DNA from: Faecalibacterium sp. UBA1762
Lineage (GTDB): Bacteria > Bacillota > Clostridia > Oscillospirales > Ruminococcaceae
Direction: 5' to 3'
Length of the DNA stretch: 64,000 nucleotides
NCBI GenBank assembly: GCA_002314755.1
Contig: DCHC01000016.1
Span: forward strand, 16,135-80,134
Positions 40,701 to 48,969 of this stretch are shown here, in pieces. The notes under the pieces are model-generated. The model made no database searches, had not been told where the DNA came from, and worked only from the letters and a program-made list of their open reading frames with translations. Position 1 is the first letter of the stretch, and the number at the start of each line of letters is the position of its first letter. Position numbers and translations under genes: made by a program.

Positions 40701-40880
40701 GGGCATCACACCTATCAAGGCGAGGTTTTGTGCTTGCCCACCGTACCCGGCGCCCAATACCGGGACATTTGGAACGACGTACCGCTGTCTACGCGGGAGC
40801 AGGACTGTAAAACCTACCTGATTCACCGGATTACCGCCCATAATACCGCTGCCATTGCAATCATATATCCGGACAAATAA
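37761..40880 (+). CDS. Uncharacterised 1039-aa protein (candidate novel glycoside-active enzyme)
   Basis: Long ORF with clean coding appearance and no convincing signal peptide. Follows the URO-D-like gene after a 34-nt gap. I recognise no family motif. Confidence 0.6.
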   Translation: MKNLLHLLPACDDASLYRIQGTPLCHNERLWQGEQPGSLQSYLVLSYRAENLERRAMLRQPVILAAAGQETIGLIHIHDLIADGANHRVIVPADISGFDHLSVALSTRFPSALLEISELYTCEAGELPFRFIPTQPQEGYCPLDIAAYCNDVLPADPGTVDSGVGIPKGTLALQGIPFAFADGKMIRPADDPAENEEPVVNFGVPTTRRVCRPVSKESRIELPVNCSAAELLFCLYMDGNTYERYGFCAPDPTILGSANGEVLMPLQINDIERYSVQVVYTDGFVDECFPENLATHKHVISGEVGVYGVRTLPEKIIEKIVFENRTLRTDISVLAVTANLSAPCVTADFFASRVKRPAPAKDFGKEMTLNGSTLTVKNGSFFAEFDLSDGFTLVKAASGYDEAFTLSCRMLKIRQGEQRIDRFCFAEAAVTGNTARIAYSFNQLRLTVVVENSCENGIELSLQAENRGEETRFGILFPVLENLQLENSQNTWYFLPKYQNTESNASCYVYEESAPSYPMQFMDIFNPTAGWGIALNTFERDLKVRKYALIKQEGKVQAFVEYPEMYGRLAKDGATVTSKTRVSFHEGDWHKPWLLYKSWLDSWYEPYHCQDKKWYRQLFWLIAEITDFAERSDFYKIPVWYVDGKYHYSEIMQEVQSIYGEKPDILHMWGWTASPGENEAQHWGNYNTEDYNRIGGLEKWTAELKRFKQETGAEISLYLHPTLLSDCYPHFNRYFPKYAVENAAGNHIDLFGHHFRMCHANREWRNFVLDIYPRVYQETGIRLLYVDEFSLRVENRCYAEGHGHEVPSNLLKTDRTVITELKDRMPDEVVLYGEYYPVDVNARYIDCNISYYILDSINEMIEQGVHGSDGDDSFCRVFTDLYRFAFPKIVQLILPMAMRSLTWQPLKATFFNGEAIYDSFWDAEESRGVKYMARAYRLKKQYADCFACDHPETMVETLSDAICANRYPGETRCVYTLFNRGHHTYQGEVLCLPTVPGAQYRDIWNDVPLSTREQDCKTYLIHRITAHNTAAIAIIYPDK

Positions 40881-40944
40881 CCGTATTGAAAAAGCCGGCT
40901 GCTTTGATGGAATACCGGGCTGATACCGTCCGGGCAGTTCCGTT

Positions 40945-40980
40945 GTCTATGCCGGGCTAATGCGCATAGACCGCTTTTTC
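40945..40980 (+). terminator. Rho-independent terminator after the 1039-aa gene
   Basis: gtctatgc...gcatagac stem followed by cgctttttctttc. Confidence 0.65.
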
Positions 40981-40987
40981 TTTCTTC

Positions 40988-42784
40988 TCAAAGCTGACCT
41001 ATCGTCTCTGTAATGGACATTTTATTCAGTAGCTTGATGGGCTTGCGGATTCCGGCCATAACAGACAAAACAAAGAAACCTGCGATTACTATCAGTTCTG
41101 CGGTCGGCAGATGCCACAGCGCATAGGCATAGTGGGACGTAATCAAAAAGCCGTACAGCCATTTGCTGAATAAAAGCCCTGTGATAAGCCCGATCGTACA
41201 GCCAAGGCCGGAATAAGTAAGTGTTTCGGCTTTAATCATGCTGCCGATTTGTTTTTTTGACATACCGACTGCCCGCATAGCTCCGTACTGCTTCATTCTC
41301 GCCGATACGCTCATGGAAATGCTATTAACAATATTCAAAACGGTCACAAGCGCTATGACCAGCAGAAAACTATACACACAGACAAGAAATGCGACATATG
41401 TTCCGTGGGTATCATTTTCGCGATTGTCGATCCATTTGTACTGCGTCCCGGTCAGTGTTTTCAGTGCATCCACAACATCATCCGCTGCCGGGTCGGAAAG
41501 CCGGAGAAGTATCATCGTATAATCCGATATTCCGGTCATATTCCTGAACAGTCCATCCGACACAATCAGCGTCGTTTCTCCCCCGGTGCTTCCGTCAGCG
41601 CTGAACGGATCGTATTTCAGTTTCCCGGCAACAGCGAGCCGCGTTCCGAAAACAGATACTGCGCTCCCCTGTTTGATCTCTTCGTCAGAGATTACAAGTA
41701 CCGCGCCGCCATTTATGACGGTTTCCAAATCACAGCTTCTTTCCAACATTCCGTCTTTCTTCAATGCTTCAAGGTCAAACGCACTAAAGGAAATCACGCT
41801 GACACGGTTCACAGACGGTACACTGTCAAAGTCTGCTTCCACATCAAAAACTGCCCGCCGTCCGAAAACATGTTTTACACCGTCTGTGTTCTCCAGTGTC
41901 GCCAAAAGCCGATTTTCAATCCAGTCTCCGTTCTCTGCGTATATTTCAATATCCGCTTTACTCGATGACTGCGGCATCATACAGTTTACAAGATCGATCA
42001 AAACGGAAAAACTCAGAAAAAGAAGGATGCTAAGCGCGAACGAACCAATTATCAGAAAAAGATTTTTTCGCGATTCTGTTGCATGGTAAATGCCCAGTGC
42101 TTTCTCAATACGGATCTTTTTTACCGTCTTCATGATTTGTACGTCCTTTTTCTCCTCCGTGTTACCGGAGAGGGCGGAAACGGGCGTCACTTTTGCGGCT
42201 CTTTTGGCAGGCTTGCCGGCTGCGATCAGTACAGTGAGGATACCGACAGTAACACCGCTCACCATACCGAGGACACTAACCCTATGTTGGGGCATATCCG
42301 CCCACTCGCCGCCGACAGCATATTTTAAAATGGCACACAAGCCCCATGTAACAACCGTACCCAGCAGAAGTCCTGTGGGAATCGCTTTATTACACCAACT
42401 CAGCGCCTCCAATCTGACATATCGGATGATTTGCTTTTTGCTCATTCCGATGCAGCGCAGCATTCCGAAAAGCTGTGTTCTCTGCGCCACATTGCTATTC
42501 AAACTGCCTGCGATCATTAAAATACCCGTGCAAAGGACAAACACAAACAACAGCACAGCAATCGGAAGCAGGGACAAAAACGCATCGGATATAAACAAGC
42601 TTTTGACTTCTTCCATTCCGTGCTTGGCAACTAATCTTGCCGTCTCCTGACGGACAGCCATTTCCGCCATGGAAAAAACTGCCGTCACCAAAAAAACGGC
42701 AATAACAATGCAACATACCGTCATTCTGTTTTGCCGTTTATGCAATCTCACAGAGATCGGGATTATGGAAAGATAGCTTTTCAT
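40988..42784 (-). CDS. ABC transporter permease, double FtsX-domain (BceB/MacB-like)
   Basis: 598 aa with two FtsX-type segments (MLRCIGMSKKQIIRYVRLEA; MRAVGMSKKQIGSMIKAET) and multiple TM segments. Confidence 0.85.
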   Translation of the reverse strand: MKSYLSIIPISVRLHKRQNRMTVCCIVIAVFLVTAVFSMAEMAVRQETARLVAKHGMEEVKSLFISDAFLSLLPIAVLLFVFVLCTGILMIAGSLNSNVAQRTQLFGMLRCIGMSKKQIIRYVRLEALSWCNKAIPTGLLLGTVVTWGLCAILKYAVGGEWADMPQHRVSVLGMVSGVTVGILTVLIAAGKPAKRAAKVTPVSALSGNTEEKKDVQIMKTVKKIRIEKALGIYHATESRKNLFLIIGSFALSILLFLSFSVLIDLVNCMMPQSSSKADIEIYAENGDWIENRLLATLENTDGVKHVFGRRAVFDVEADFDSVPSVNRVSVISFSAFDLEALKKDGMLERSCDLETVINGGAVLVISDEEIKQGSAVSVFGTRLAVAGKLKYDPFSADGSTGGETTLIVSDGLFRNMTGISDYTMILLRLSDPAADDVVDALKTLTGTQYKWIDNRENDTHGTYVAFLVCVYSFLLVIALVTVLNIVNSISMSVSARMKQYGAMRAVGMSKKQIGSMIKAETLTYSGLGCTIGLITGLLFSKWLYGFLITSHYAYALWHLPTAELIVIAGFFVLSVMAGIRKPIKLLNKMSITETIGQL

Positions 42785-42786
42785 AC

Positions 42787-43464
42787 TTACAACCTCCCAA
42801 AATCCGTCAAAACACCGTCAGAAACCTGAAGAATGCGATCTGCTGTCTGTGCAATACTGCGGCTGTGCGTGATCATGATGATGGTCTGCTCGTATTTTTT
42901 CGATGTTTCTTTCAGCAGTGCAAGCACTTCATTTGTGTTTTGAGTATCCAGATTTCCCGTCGGCTCATCCGCCAGAATCAGACTTGGCCGTGTAAATAAA
43001 GCTCTGCCGATAGCCACTCTCTGCTGCTGGCCTCCTGAAAGCTGTCCCGGCAAATAATCTCTGCGCTCCTTCAGATTCAAAATGGTTAAAAGCTCTTCCA
43101 GATAACCTCTGTCAGGCTTTTGATAATCCAGCAAAACCGGAAAAATGATATTCTGCTCCACGGTAAGCTCCGGTATCAGGTTAAATGCCTGAAAAATAAA
43201 ACCGATATTTCTGCGCCGGAAAACGGTCACAGCATTATCGTCCATGGAAAGGATATCTTTACCGTCGATACTTATTTTCCCCTCTGTAGGCGTATCCAAC
43301 GCGCCAATCATATTCAGCAGTGTGCTTTTTCCGGAGCCGGATTCACCGACAATGGTTACAAATTCGCCTTTCGGTACTGCAAAGCTCACATTTTTCAAAG
43401 CATGGACTGCCGTATTTCCTTTTCCGTATGTTTTGGAAAGCGATTTTACTTCCAATAGATTCAT
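42787..43464 (-). CDS. ABC transporter ATP-binding protein
   Basis: Walker [10 protein letters not shown], signature LSGGQQQRV, Walker [12 protein letters not shown]. Confidence 0.92.
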   Translation of the reverse strand: MNLLEVKSLSKTYGKGNTAVHALKNVSFAVPKGEFVTIVGESGSGKSTLLNMIGALDTPTEGKISIDGKDILSMDDNAVTVFRRRNIGFIFQAFNLIPELTVEQNIIFPVLLDYQKPDRGYLEELLTILNLKERRDYLPGQLSGGQQQRVAIGRALFTRPSLILADEPTGNLDTQNTNEVLALLKETSKKYEQTIIMITHSRSIAQTADRILQVSDGVLTDFGRL

Positions 43465-43533
43465 TGTAAAGACCTCCTGTTTTTTGTCAGTATCATTCTA
43501 ACCATACAATCTTACACTGACGCTAATACATTC

Positions 43534-44553
43534 TTACAAATCTGTTGGAATCAAAAAATGAATAAAAATTGCAGTTCCGCGCCCAAGCTCACTGTCCACC
43601 TCTATGATACCGTCGTGCGCTTCAATGATATTCTTTGCCAAAGGAAGCCCAAGACCGATGCCCTGAGTGTCTTTAGAAAAACGGCTGCGATAAAAGCGCT
43701 TGAAAATATGCCCCAAATCCTCCGGATGGATTCCGCTCCCGTTATCGCGGAATATCACATTCATGATATTTCCGCTTTTCTTCCATTCCACGGAAATGAT
43801 CCCGCCTTCTGATGTGTGGTCTAACGCGTTTTTTAAAATGTTTCCGAAAGCTTCTGTCATCCATTCCGCGTCACAGATCAGCATTTCATTTTCTCCTGCA
43901 AAACGCAGCTCTTTCTTTTCAAGCTCCGCCCGGCAGGAAAAACGCTGTTTAAGGTCATCCATCATCTCGGCAATATTTTCCCTGTGCTTTTCAAAAGTAA
44001 TTGCGCCTGCGTCCATGCGGGTCAATATCAAAAGATTCTTTATCAGCGTATCTATTCGCGCAAGTTCCGTTGCGCAGGCGTCGGAAAAGCGTTTGATATC
44101 TTCCATATTGTCTGCGTCCGCGATCAATTCATTATAGATTCCGAGTGCGGACAGGGGTGTTTTGACCTGGTGCGAAATATCTGAAATCATGGACTTCAAG
44201 AAATCGTTTGTCTGTTTTTCCCGCTCCGTCTGCGCCTTCAAAATAGCAGCAAGCGTATTAATTGATTGAAAAAGGCAATAGATCTCCCCCTCCTCATCAC
44301 AATCAATACGCTTATCTCTTTGACCTGACAAGAACTGTGTAATCTGATTTTTGGCTTGCTCAATGATGGTGTCCTGCTTTTTAAAATAGCAAATACAAAT
44401 GGTCAAAAGTGCCCCGGCGGCAGCGAAGGACAACAGCAGAAGCGAAATGGAAAACCGCCCACTGAAAAACTGTATTGCCAGTGCGTATACCAAAAGCACT
44501 GCTGCAACAGCAAGTAAAAATCGGCGTATATATCGGTTTGCAAGCAATCTCAT
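43534..44553 (-). CDS. Sensor histidine kinase
   Basis: H-box SHQVKTPLSAL and G-box GIGLGLPLAK, with two N-terminal TM segments. I prefer the ATG at 44553 because it forms an ATGA overlap with the regulator's stop codon. Confidence 0.85.
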   Translation of the reverse strand: MRLLANRYIRRFLLAVAAVLLVYALAIQFFSGRFSISLLLLSFAAAGALLTICICYFKKQDTIIEQAKNQITQFLSGQRDKRIDCDEEGEIYCLFQSINTLAAILKAQTEREKQTNDFLKSMISDISHQVKTPLSALGIYNELIADADNMEDIKRFSDACATELARIDTLIKNLLILTRMDAGAITFEKHRENIAEMMDDLKQRFSCRAELEKKELRFAGENEMLICDAEWMTEAFGNILKNALDHTSEGGIISVEWKKSGNIMNVIFRDNGSGIHPEDLGHIFKRFYRSRFSKDTQGIGLGLPLAKNIIEAHDGIIEVDSELGRGTAIFIHFLIPTDL

Positions 44554-45236
44554 ACCATCACCAACCATTTATAGCCCATGCCTCTGACCGTTACGATTTT
44601 CTGCGGCTGCTCCGGATTGTCCTCAATCTTGATCCGCAGTCGCCGGATGTAGACGCTGAGCGTGTTATCATCGACAAAATACCCATCGCGATCCCACAAG
44701 CGCTCATACAGCATTTGCTTTGACAGAACGATATTCGGGTTCTGCATAAAGCAGCACAAAAGCTTAAATTCAACGCTTGTCAGCTCAACCGGATTACCTT
44801 CGCGGAATGCCCGCCCCTGCATAAGCTCCATGCGCACCCCGTTTGACTCCAGGACCGTGTTTTCTGTCGGAGTAACCTTTGAACGACGCAAAAGGGCAGC
44901 GACACGGCTGAGTAGTATTCCAAGTTTAAAAGGCTTGGTCACATAATCATCGCCGCCGATATCCAGTCCCATAATAATGTTTGTCTCTTCATCAGACGCT
45001 GTCAGGAAAATGATCGGTACATCCGCGCTTTGCCGCACCGCTTTACAGAAATCAAATCCGCTTCCGTCTGGCAAAGATACATCCAGAATAAGCAGATCAA
45101 AGGTATTCACATTCCATGCCGCTTTTGCCTGGGCTACGGTTCTCCTTCCGTCTACTTCATATCCCTGCTTTTTGAGAGCAAAGCTCAGTCCATCCGCAAG
45201 GCTTAAATCATCCTCCAAGAGCAGAATCTTTTTCAT
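44550..45236 (-). CDS. OmpR-family response regulator
   Basis: Start at 45236 (MKKILLLEDD), preceded by AGAAAGGGGA. Receiver domain D...DLLILDVSLPDGSG and a winged-helix C-terminus TVRGMGYKW. Confidence 0.9.
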   Translation of the reverse strand: MKKILLLEDDLSLADGLSFALKKQGYEVDGRRTVAQAKAAWNVNTFDLLILDVSLPDGSGFDFCKAVRQSADVPIIFLTASDEETNIIMGLDIGGDDYVTKPFKLGILLSRVAALLRRSKVTPTENTVLESNGVRMELMQGRAFREGNPVELTSVEFKLLCCFMQNPNIVLSKQMLYERLWDRDGYFVDDNTLSVYIRRLRIKIEDNPEQPQKIVTVRGMGYKWLVMV

Positions 45237-45545
45237 AATGATCCCCTTTCTGCATTTCAATGTTTCCTGGCCGGACGATCGGACTGTATAATTTGCAATT
45301 TCTTCCGGCAAATAGAGTTTTGATAAATCTACGTTCTCAAACCGAACAGAAGCTTTCTTTTACGTTCCGAAATTATTTCAGTCATAAGCTTCCCCCATAG
45401 TATTGTGAGTCTCTGATTTCCTCGACCAATGCAATAATATCGGTTCCGTCGGAATAGTCGGTGCCCTCCCTGAAAGAACGCAAAATCAGCGAAGCAATAT
45501 CCTAATAATCCTTATGTTCTTCGTGACGGATGATTGTGTTACTTT

Positions 45546-46088
45546 TTATCGTATCGAAATCTCGGCTTTCCTTACTTTTATATTGCAAACCATTTGAAGG
45601 TCACAAGGCTCAGCCTCAGCCATCTCTTTGATTGGTCTTTTTGCCAATTCGCATCCCATCACTTGATAAAAGGCAATTGTTTCTTCGGACGAACAGGCGG
45701 AAATATAGAGGGCATCCGCCCCGGCTTTTTCGGCTTCCTGTATTCCCAAATGAAATAGCTGCCTGCCAATCCCCTGTCCTCTGTATTCCGAATCCACAGA
45801 GATGACTTCAAGAATCATATACAGACCGTTCAACTTTTTCAACAGTCCGATAAAACCAACGACTTTTTCATTTTCCAAAGCAAGATAGGTGATATATTTA
45901 TCGCTGCTGATTTCTTTGGCAACGGCGCGTTTCTCATCAAAACGCCAATCTTCGATATACGGAAGTTCTATGAGTTTGTATGTTCCGTCTACCCTACGAT
46001 ATACCTTTTTCACATCCTGCTTTCTGTGAAACGAATCGAGCGATTCCAAGCGGAAATTTTCTTTTGATAATAATTCAATACGAATCAA
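45546..46088 (-). CDS. GNAT family N-acetyltransferase (streptothricin-acetyltransferase-like by pattern)
   Basis: TTG start preceded by AAGGAG. Acetyl-CoA motif RGQGIGRQLF and an N-terminal PYIEDW-type segment. Confidence 0.75.
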   Translation of the reverse strand: MIRIELLSKENFRLESLDSFHRKQDVKKVYRRVDGTYKLIELPYIEDWRFDEKRAVAKEISSDKYITYLALENEKVVGFIGLLKKLNGLYMILEVISVDSEYRGQGIGRQLFHLGIQEAEKAGADALYISACSSEETIAFYQVMGCELAKRPIKEMAEAEPCDLQMVCNIKVRKAEISIR

Positions 46089-46110
46089 ATTCGGAATCTC
46101 CTTTATTTGT

Positions 46111-46320
46111 TTACTTTATCAGCTTTTCAAAGGATATTGTCTGTTCCTTCATGGAAATCTTTCCGACATGAAAGCCATATTCGGTCAGTTCCTTTTTATA
46201 AGTCAAAAAAGAGTGGTCAATCGGAAATCCGACAATCTTTTCAATCTCGGCATAGGTCAATATAACACTGTCTGTGCCGTTTTCTTTAACATAATCCCAC
46301 AGGGGATTATATTTACTCAT
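46111..46320 (-). CDS. Small conserved hypothetical protein (69 aa)
   Basis: ORF lies 22 nt upstream of the GNAT gene on the same strand. MSKYNPLWDYVKENG...EIEKIVGFPIDHSFL resembles a small family widespread in Firmicutes (from memory, unverified). Confidence 0.55.
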   Translation of the reverse strand: MSKYNPLWDYVKENGTDSVILTYAEIEKIVGFPIDHSFLTYKKELTEYGFHVGKISMKEQTISFEKLIK

Positions 46321-46376
46321 TTTCCCACAACCTCCAAATGTTTCTGATTAAGTGATGATAAGCATTCATTTGTTTT

Positions 46377-47048
46377 CTACCAAACAAGCGGAATCAGCCG
46401 ATACCGCACATTTTTCATATATTCCTCATAGCCGTTGAGATTTTCGCGGAGCACCTTTTCTTCGTTTTGAGTCCGTTTTGCCAAAAGAAACGGCAAAAAA
46501 GCCATCGGTATCAGTGCGAAAAACGAGCCGACAATCAGCGGCATAGAGAGGAACATCCAAAAAATAATCGCGTACATCGGGTGACGGACAATGCCGTAAA
46601 GCCCCGTACTGACCACCGTTTGGTTTTCCTGCACCTCAACAGTACGGGAAAGGTACTCGTTTTCCCGCAACAGTTCGGCAAAGCCCAGATACGTTGCCAA
46701 AAAAGCGATGCACCCGACAACCGACACCCACAAGGGGCAGTGTGACCACCCGAAACGAAAATCAAAGCCGCAGAGCAGAAAGCAGCCAACGAACAAAAGC
46801 AACGAAAAGAAAATGACTGATTTTTGTTCATCTTCGGTTTCCTTTTGGTTTAACCGCTTCGCCAGCAGCTCCGGCTTGGCAATCAGCAAGACTGTCCCGA
46901 GAATCGACATCGGGACAAACAGGATCCCGAGCATTCTCCACGCACCGGGAAAATGAAACGTTCCCGCCGGTAAAAACAGAAGCAGACCGAGTGTAACAAT
47001 TCCGCATATCATCTTGATAATGCCCTGTGCGGCAAGTTTTTTTCTCAT
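46377..47048 (-). CDS. Isoprenylcysteine carboxyl methyltransferase (ICMT/PEMT)-like membrane methyltransferase
   Basis: Polytopic membrane protein with a GLYGIVRHPMY motif. Confidence 0.7.
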   Translation of the reverse strand: MRKKLAAQGIIKMICGIVTLGLLLFLPAGTFHFPGAWRMLGILFVPMSILGTVLLIAKPELLAKRLNQKETEDEQKSVIFFSLLLFVGCFLLCGFDFRFGWSHCPLWVSVVGCIAFLATYLGFAELLRENEYLSRTVEVQENQTVVSTGLYGIVRHPMYAIIFWMFLSMPLIVGSFFALIPMAFLPFLLAKRTQNEEKVLRENLNGYEEYMKNVRYRLIPLVW

Positions 47049-47179
47049 TGTATTAGCGCCACTCTTCCTCAGCTTAACACTGCTTTATCTTTATCCATTC
47101 ATCCAAAAACGACATTTTCTCAGCCTCTACAGAATCCGAATTGGCTGTTTCACATGATATGGCAGGCTTTTTCCCTCTC

Positions 47180-47326
47180 TTACTCTAATAGGAACCCCTT
47201 CGGCATCAATTCCTGGAACTCGTCAGCGGATAGCTCTGCAATCTCGGAAATATTGCCGTTGGCATCACGCAAAACGCGGATAAAGCGCTGCCCTTTGTCG
47301 CAGGTGTAAATGTGCTTTCCATTCAT
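47180..47326 (-). CDS. Possible small ORF (48 aa), below the ORF-track cutoff
   Basis: My own translation gives MNGKHIYTCDKGQRFIRVLRDANGNISEIAELSADEFQELMPKGFLLE*. The RBS is weak. Confidence 0.3.
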   Translation of the reverse strand: MNGKHIYTCDKGQRFIRVLRDANGNISEIAELSADEFQELMPKGFLLE

Positions 47327-47389
47327 CAGTCCTGCCACGGTCTATCCCTTGTATGCCCACTGCTTACCACCGATTCCGCTGACATCCTC

Positions 47390-47987
47390 CTAAATGACGA
47401 TTTCCGGCTTCACGGGAATGTCCAACACATCAAGCGGGATGCTGAAGCAGTCAGAGGAGGCAATCTCCGCTGCGTCGTCTATGGGCGTTACCAGCATGAC
47501 GCTCTCATCCATTTTCGTCACGGTGGTCTGAAGAATCTTCGCATCGCTGCTCGTCAAATCAAATTCCGAGAGGATTCCGTTGTCAATGACAAAGTTTTTG
47601 ATGACAAACAAATCGGATTCGGAATTTTGAAGATCAAAACCGTAAAAGGACAGCTTTCCGTCACGGGAAGAATCATTGTACGACTTCATCCATTCGATGG
47701 TATCCTTCATTTGCTCTGTATGATAAATATCAAAGGCAAAGTGCCTGAACAGCTCTTCTATCGTCATATCCGAGTGTCCGCTGATGTAATCGTTGATGAT
47801 CACGCCTTCGCCGTAATCCATTTCAAAGCAGAGCGCTCCGACGCCGTGATCTCTTACAAGATTTTTCAGCACTTTGAGCTTTAGCTCCTGAAACTGCTTG
47901 ACGGGAAACAGATAGCTTCTCTGCCAGCTCTTCCTGTGAGAGACCGAGCTTTTTTCTCTCCTCAACAATTTTGTCTGCTAAAATCAT
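47390..47987 (-). pseudogene. Chimeric remnant: 5' part of an XRE-type HTH gene fused out of frame to an internal fragment of an erythromycin-esterase-like gene
   Basis: MILADKIVEERKKLGLSQEELAEKLSVSRQAVS follows GGAGG, then loses the HTH consensus. In the overlapping frame, ELKLKVLKNLVRDHGVGALCFEMDYGEGVIINDYISG...KLSFYGFDLQ matches the Ere-family core but lacks both the N- and C-terminal parts. Confidence 0.6.
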
Positions 47988-48106
47988 GATATGTACCTCC
48001 TGTAGTTTGGTTGGCACTATTCTACTTTTCCGGACTGTTGCGTGCCACCAATCAAAGCTTGAAATGTGTCAACCAGCGGTTGCATCAGCTATTATTGTCG
48101 TCTTCA

Positions 48107-48472
48107 TTATTCGTTCCCCTTTCTCTTTTTCGTAACATATAAATTTACAAGCTGCGATAAAACACTGATGCCGAGCCCGGCAGGCAGATACCAGTTATAA
48201 TCATCGGGCGTGTTTCGTATGCCGACGGAAATCACAATCAGCCCCAATGCGACAAACTGAAAAGCGAGAATGCCGCAACCGGCGATACTTGGATTCTTCA
48301 TCTTCGGCATACAGAAAACGAGAACAGTATAAATCGCATAGAAGCCGTAGAGGGTATAACTGACCCAGTTCGACCAAGGGAAGGACATCTGCGGATTTGC
48401 AAGTGCAACGGTGACAAATGCCACCCCTAAGACTGAAAGAATAATTCCCAAAATCATATATTTGTTTTTCAT
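48107..48472 (-). CDS. Small membrane protein (about 121 aa, 4 TM)
   Basis: I prefer the ATG at 48472 (MKNKYMILGIILSVLG...). Last gene of the TetR-headed minus-strand operon. Confidence 0.6.
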   Translation of the reverse strand: MKNKYMILGIILSVLGVAFVTVALANPQMSFPWSNWVSYTLYGFYAIYTVLVFCMPKMKNPSIAGCGILAFQFVALGLIVISVGIRNTPDDYNWYLPAGLGISVLSQLVNLYVTKKRKGNE

Positions 48473-48497
48473 TGTATTACTCCGTTCTTTTAGGTTT

Positions 48498-48902
48498 TTA
48501 CGGCAAAAGCCATATTTTAGCGTCCTCAAGCCCTTCAAAAAATCCGATGGTTATGCCTTTATCGCAAAAAGTTTTTTTGAATTTTTTACGACTCGCTTTG
48601 TCAAGACCGCAAAACGCAATTTTTTGAAAAATCTTTTTTGTACCGAAAACCGCCTCATAAACAGCGTTCAATATGCTATCCGTTACGGTTGTTTCATCAA
48701 AAACAAAGCAAATAAAAGATGTTGCCGAGGGCTTTGTAAAAACGGAAATATCGGACAAAAGCTTTATGAGAACCAATTCTTCGTGTTCATGTATTCCATC
48801 CAAATGCTCAAACCATATTTCGCCGCCGTTATACGGCAATGAAAAGGATTTTTTACGGTATCCCGGCAATTCAGTCGGTTTTATTTTTTCTAAAGTGTTC
48901 AT
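48498..48902 (-). CDS. Hypothetical protein (134 aa)
   Basis: ORF in the same operon. No motif recognised. Confidence 0.55.
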   Translation of the reverse strand: MNTLEKIKPTELPGYRKKSFSLPYNGGEIWFEHLDGIHEHEELVLIKLLSDISVFTKPSATSFICFVFDETTVTDSILNAVYEAVFGTKKIFQKIAFCGLDKASRKKFKKTFCDKGITIGFFEGLEDAKIWLLP

Positions 48903-48969
48903 CTAATGATTCTCCAATCAGCATTTTACTGATTTCTTGGTTGGACTTTTCGACAATTTCGCTGTCAAA

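Noticed and set aside
40881-40987. Search for a distal att copy of the tRNA-Arg core at the left island boundary
   Set aside because: Only gatggaa (7 nt, within ctgctttgatggaatacc) matches, which is too short to call. The region is better explained as the terminator of the 1039-aa gene.
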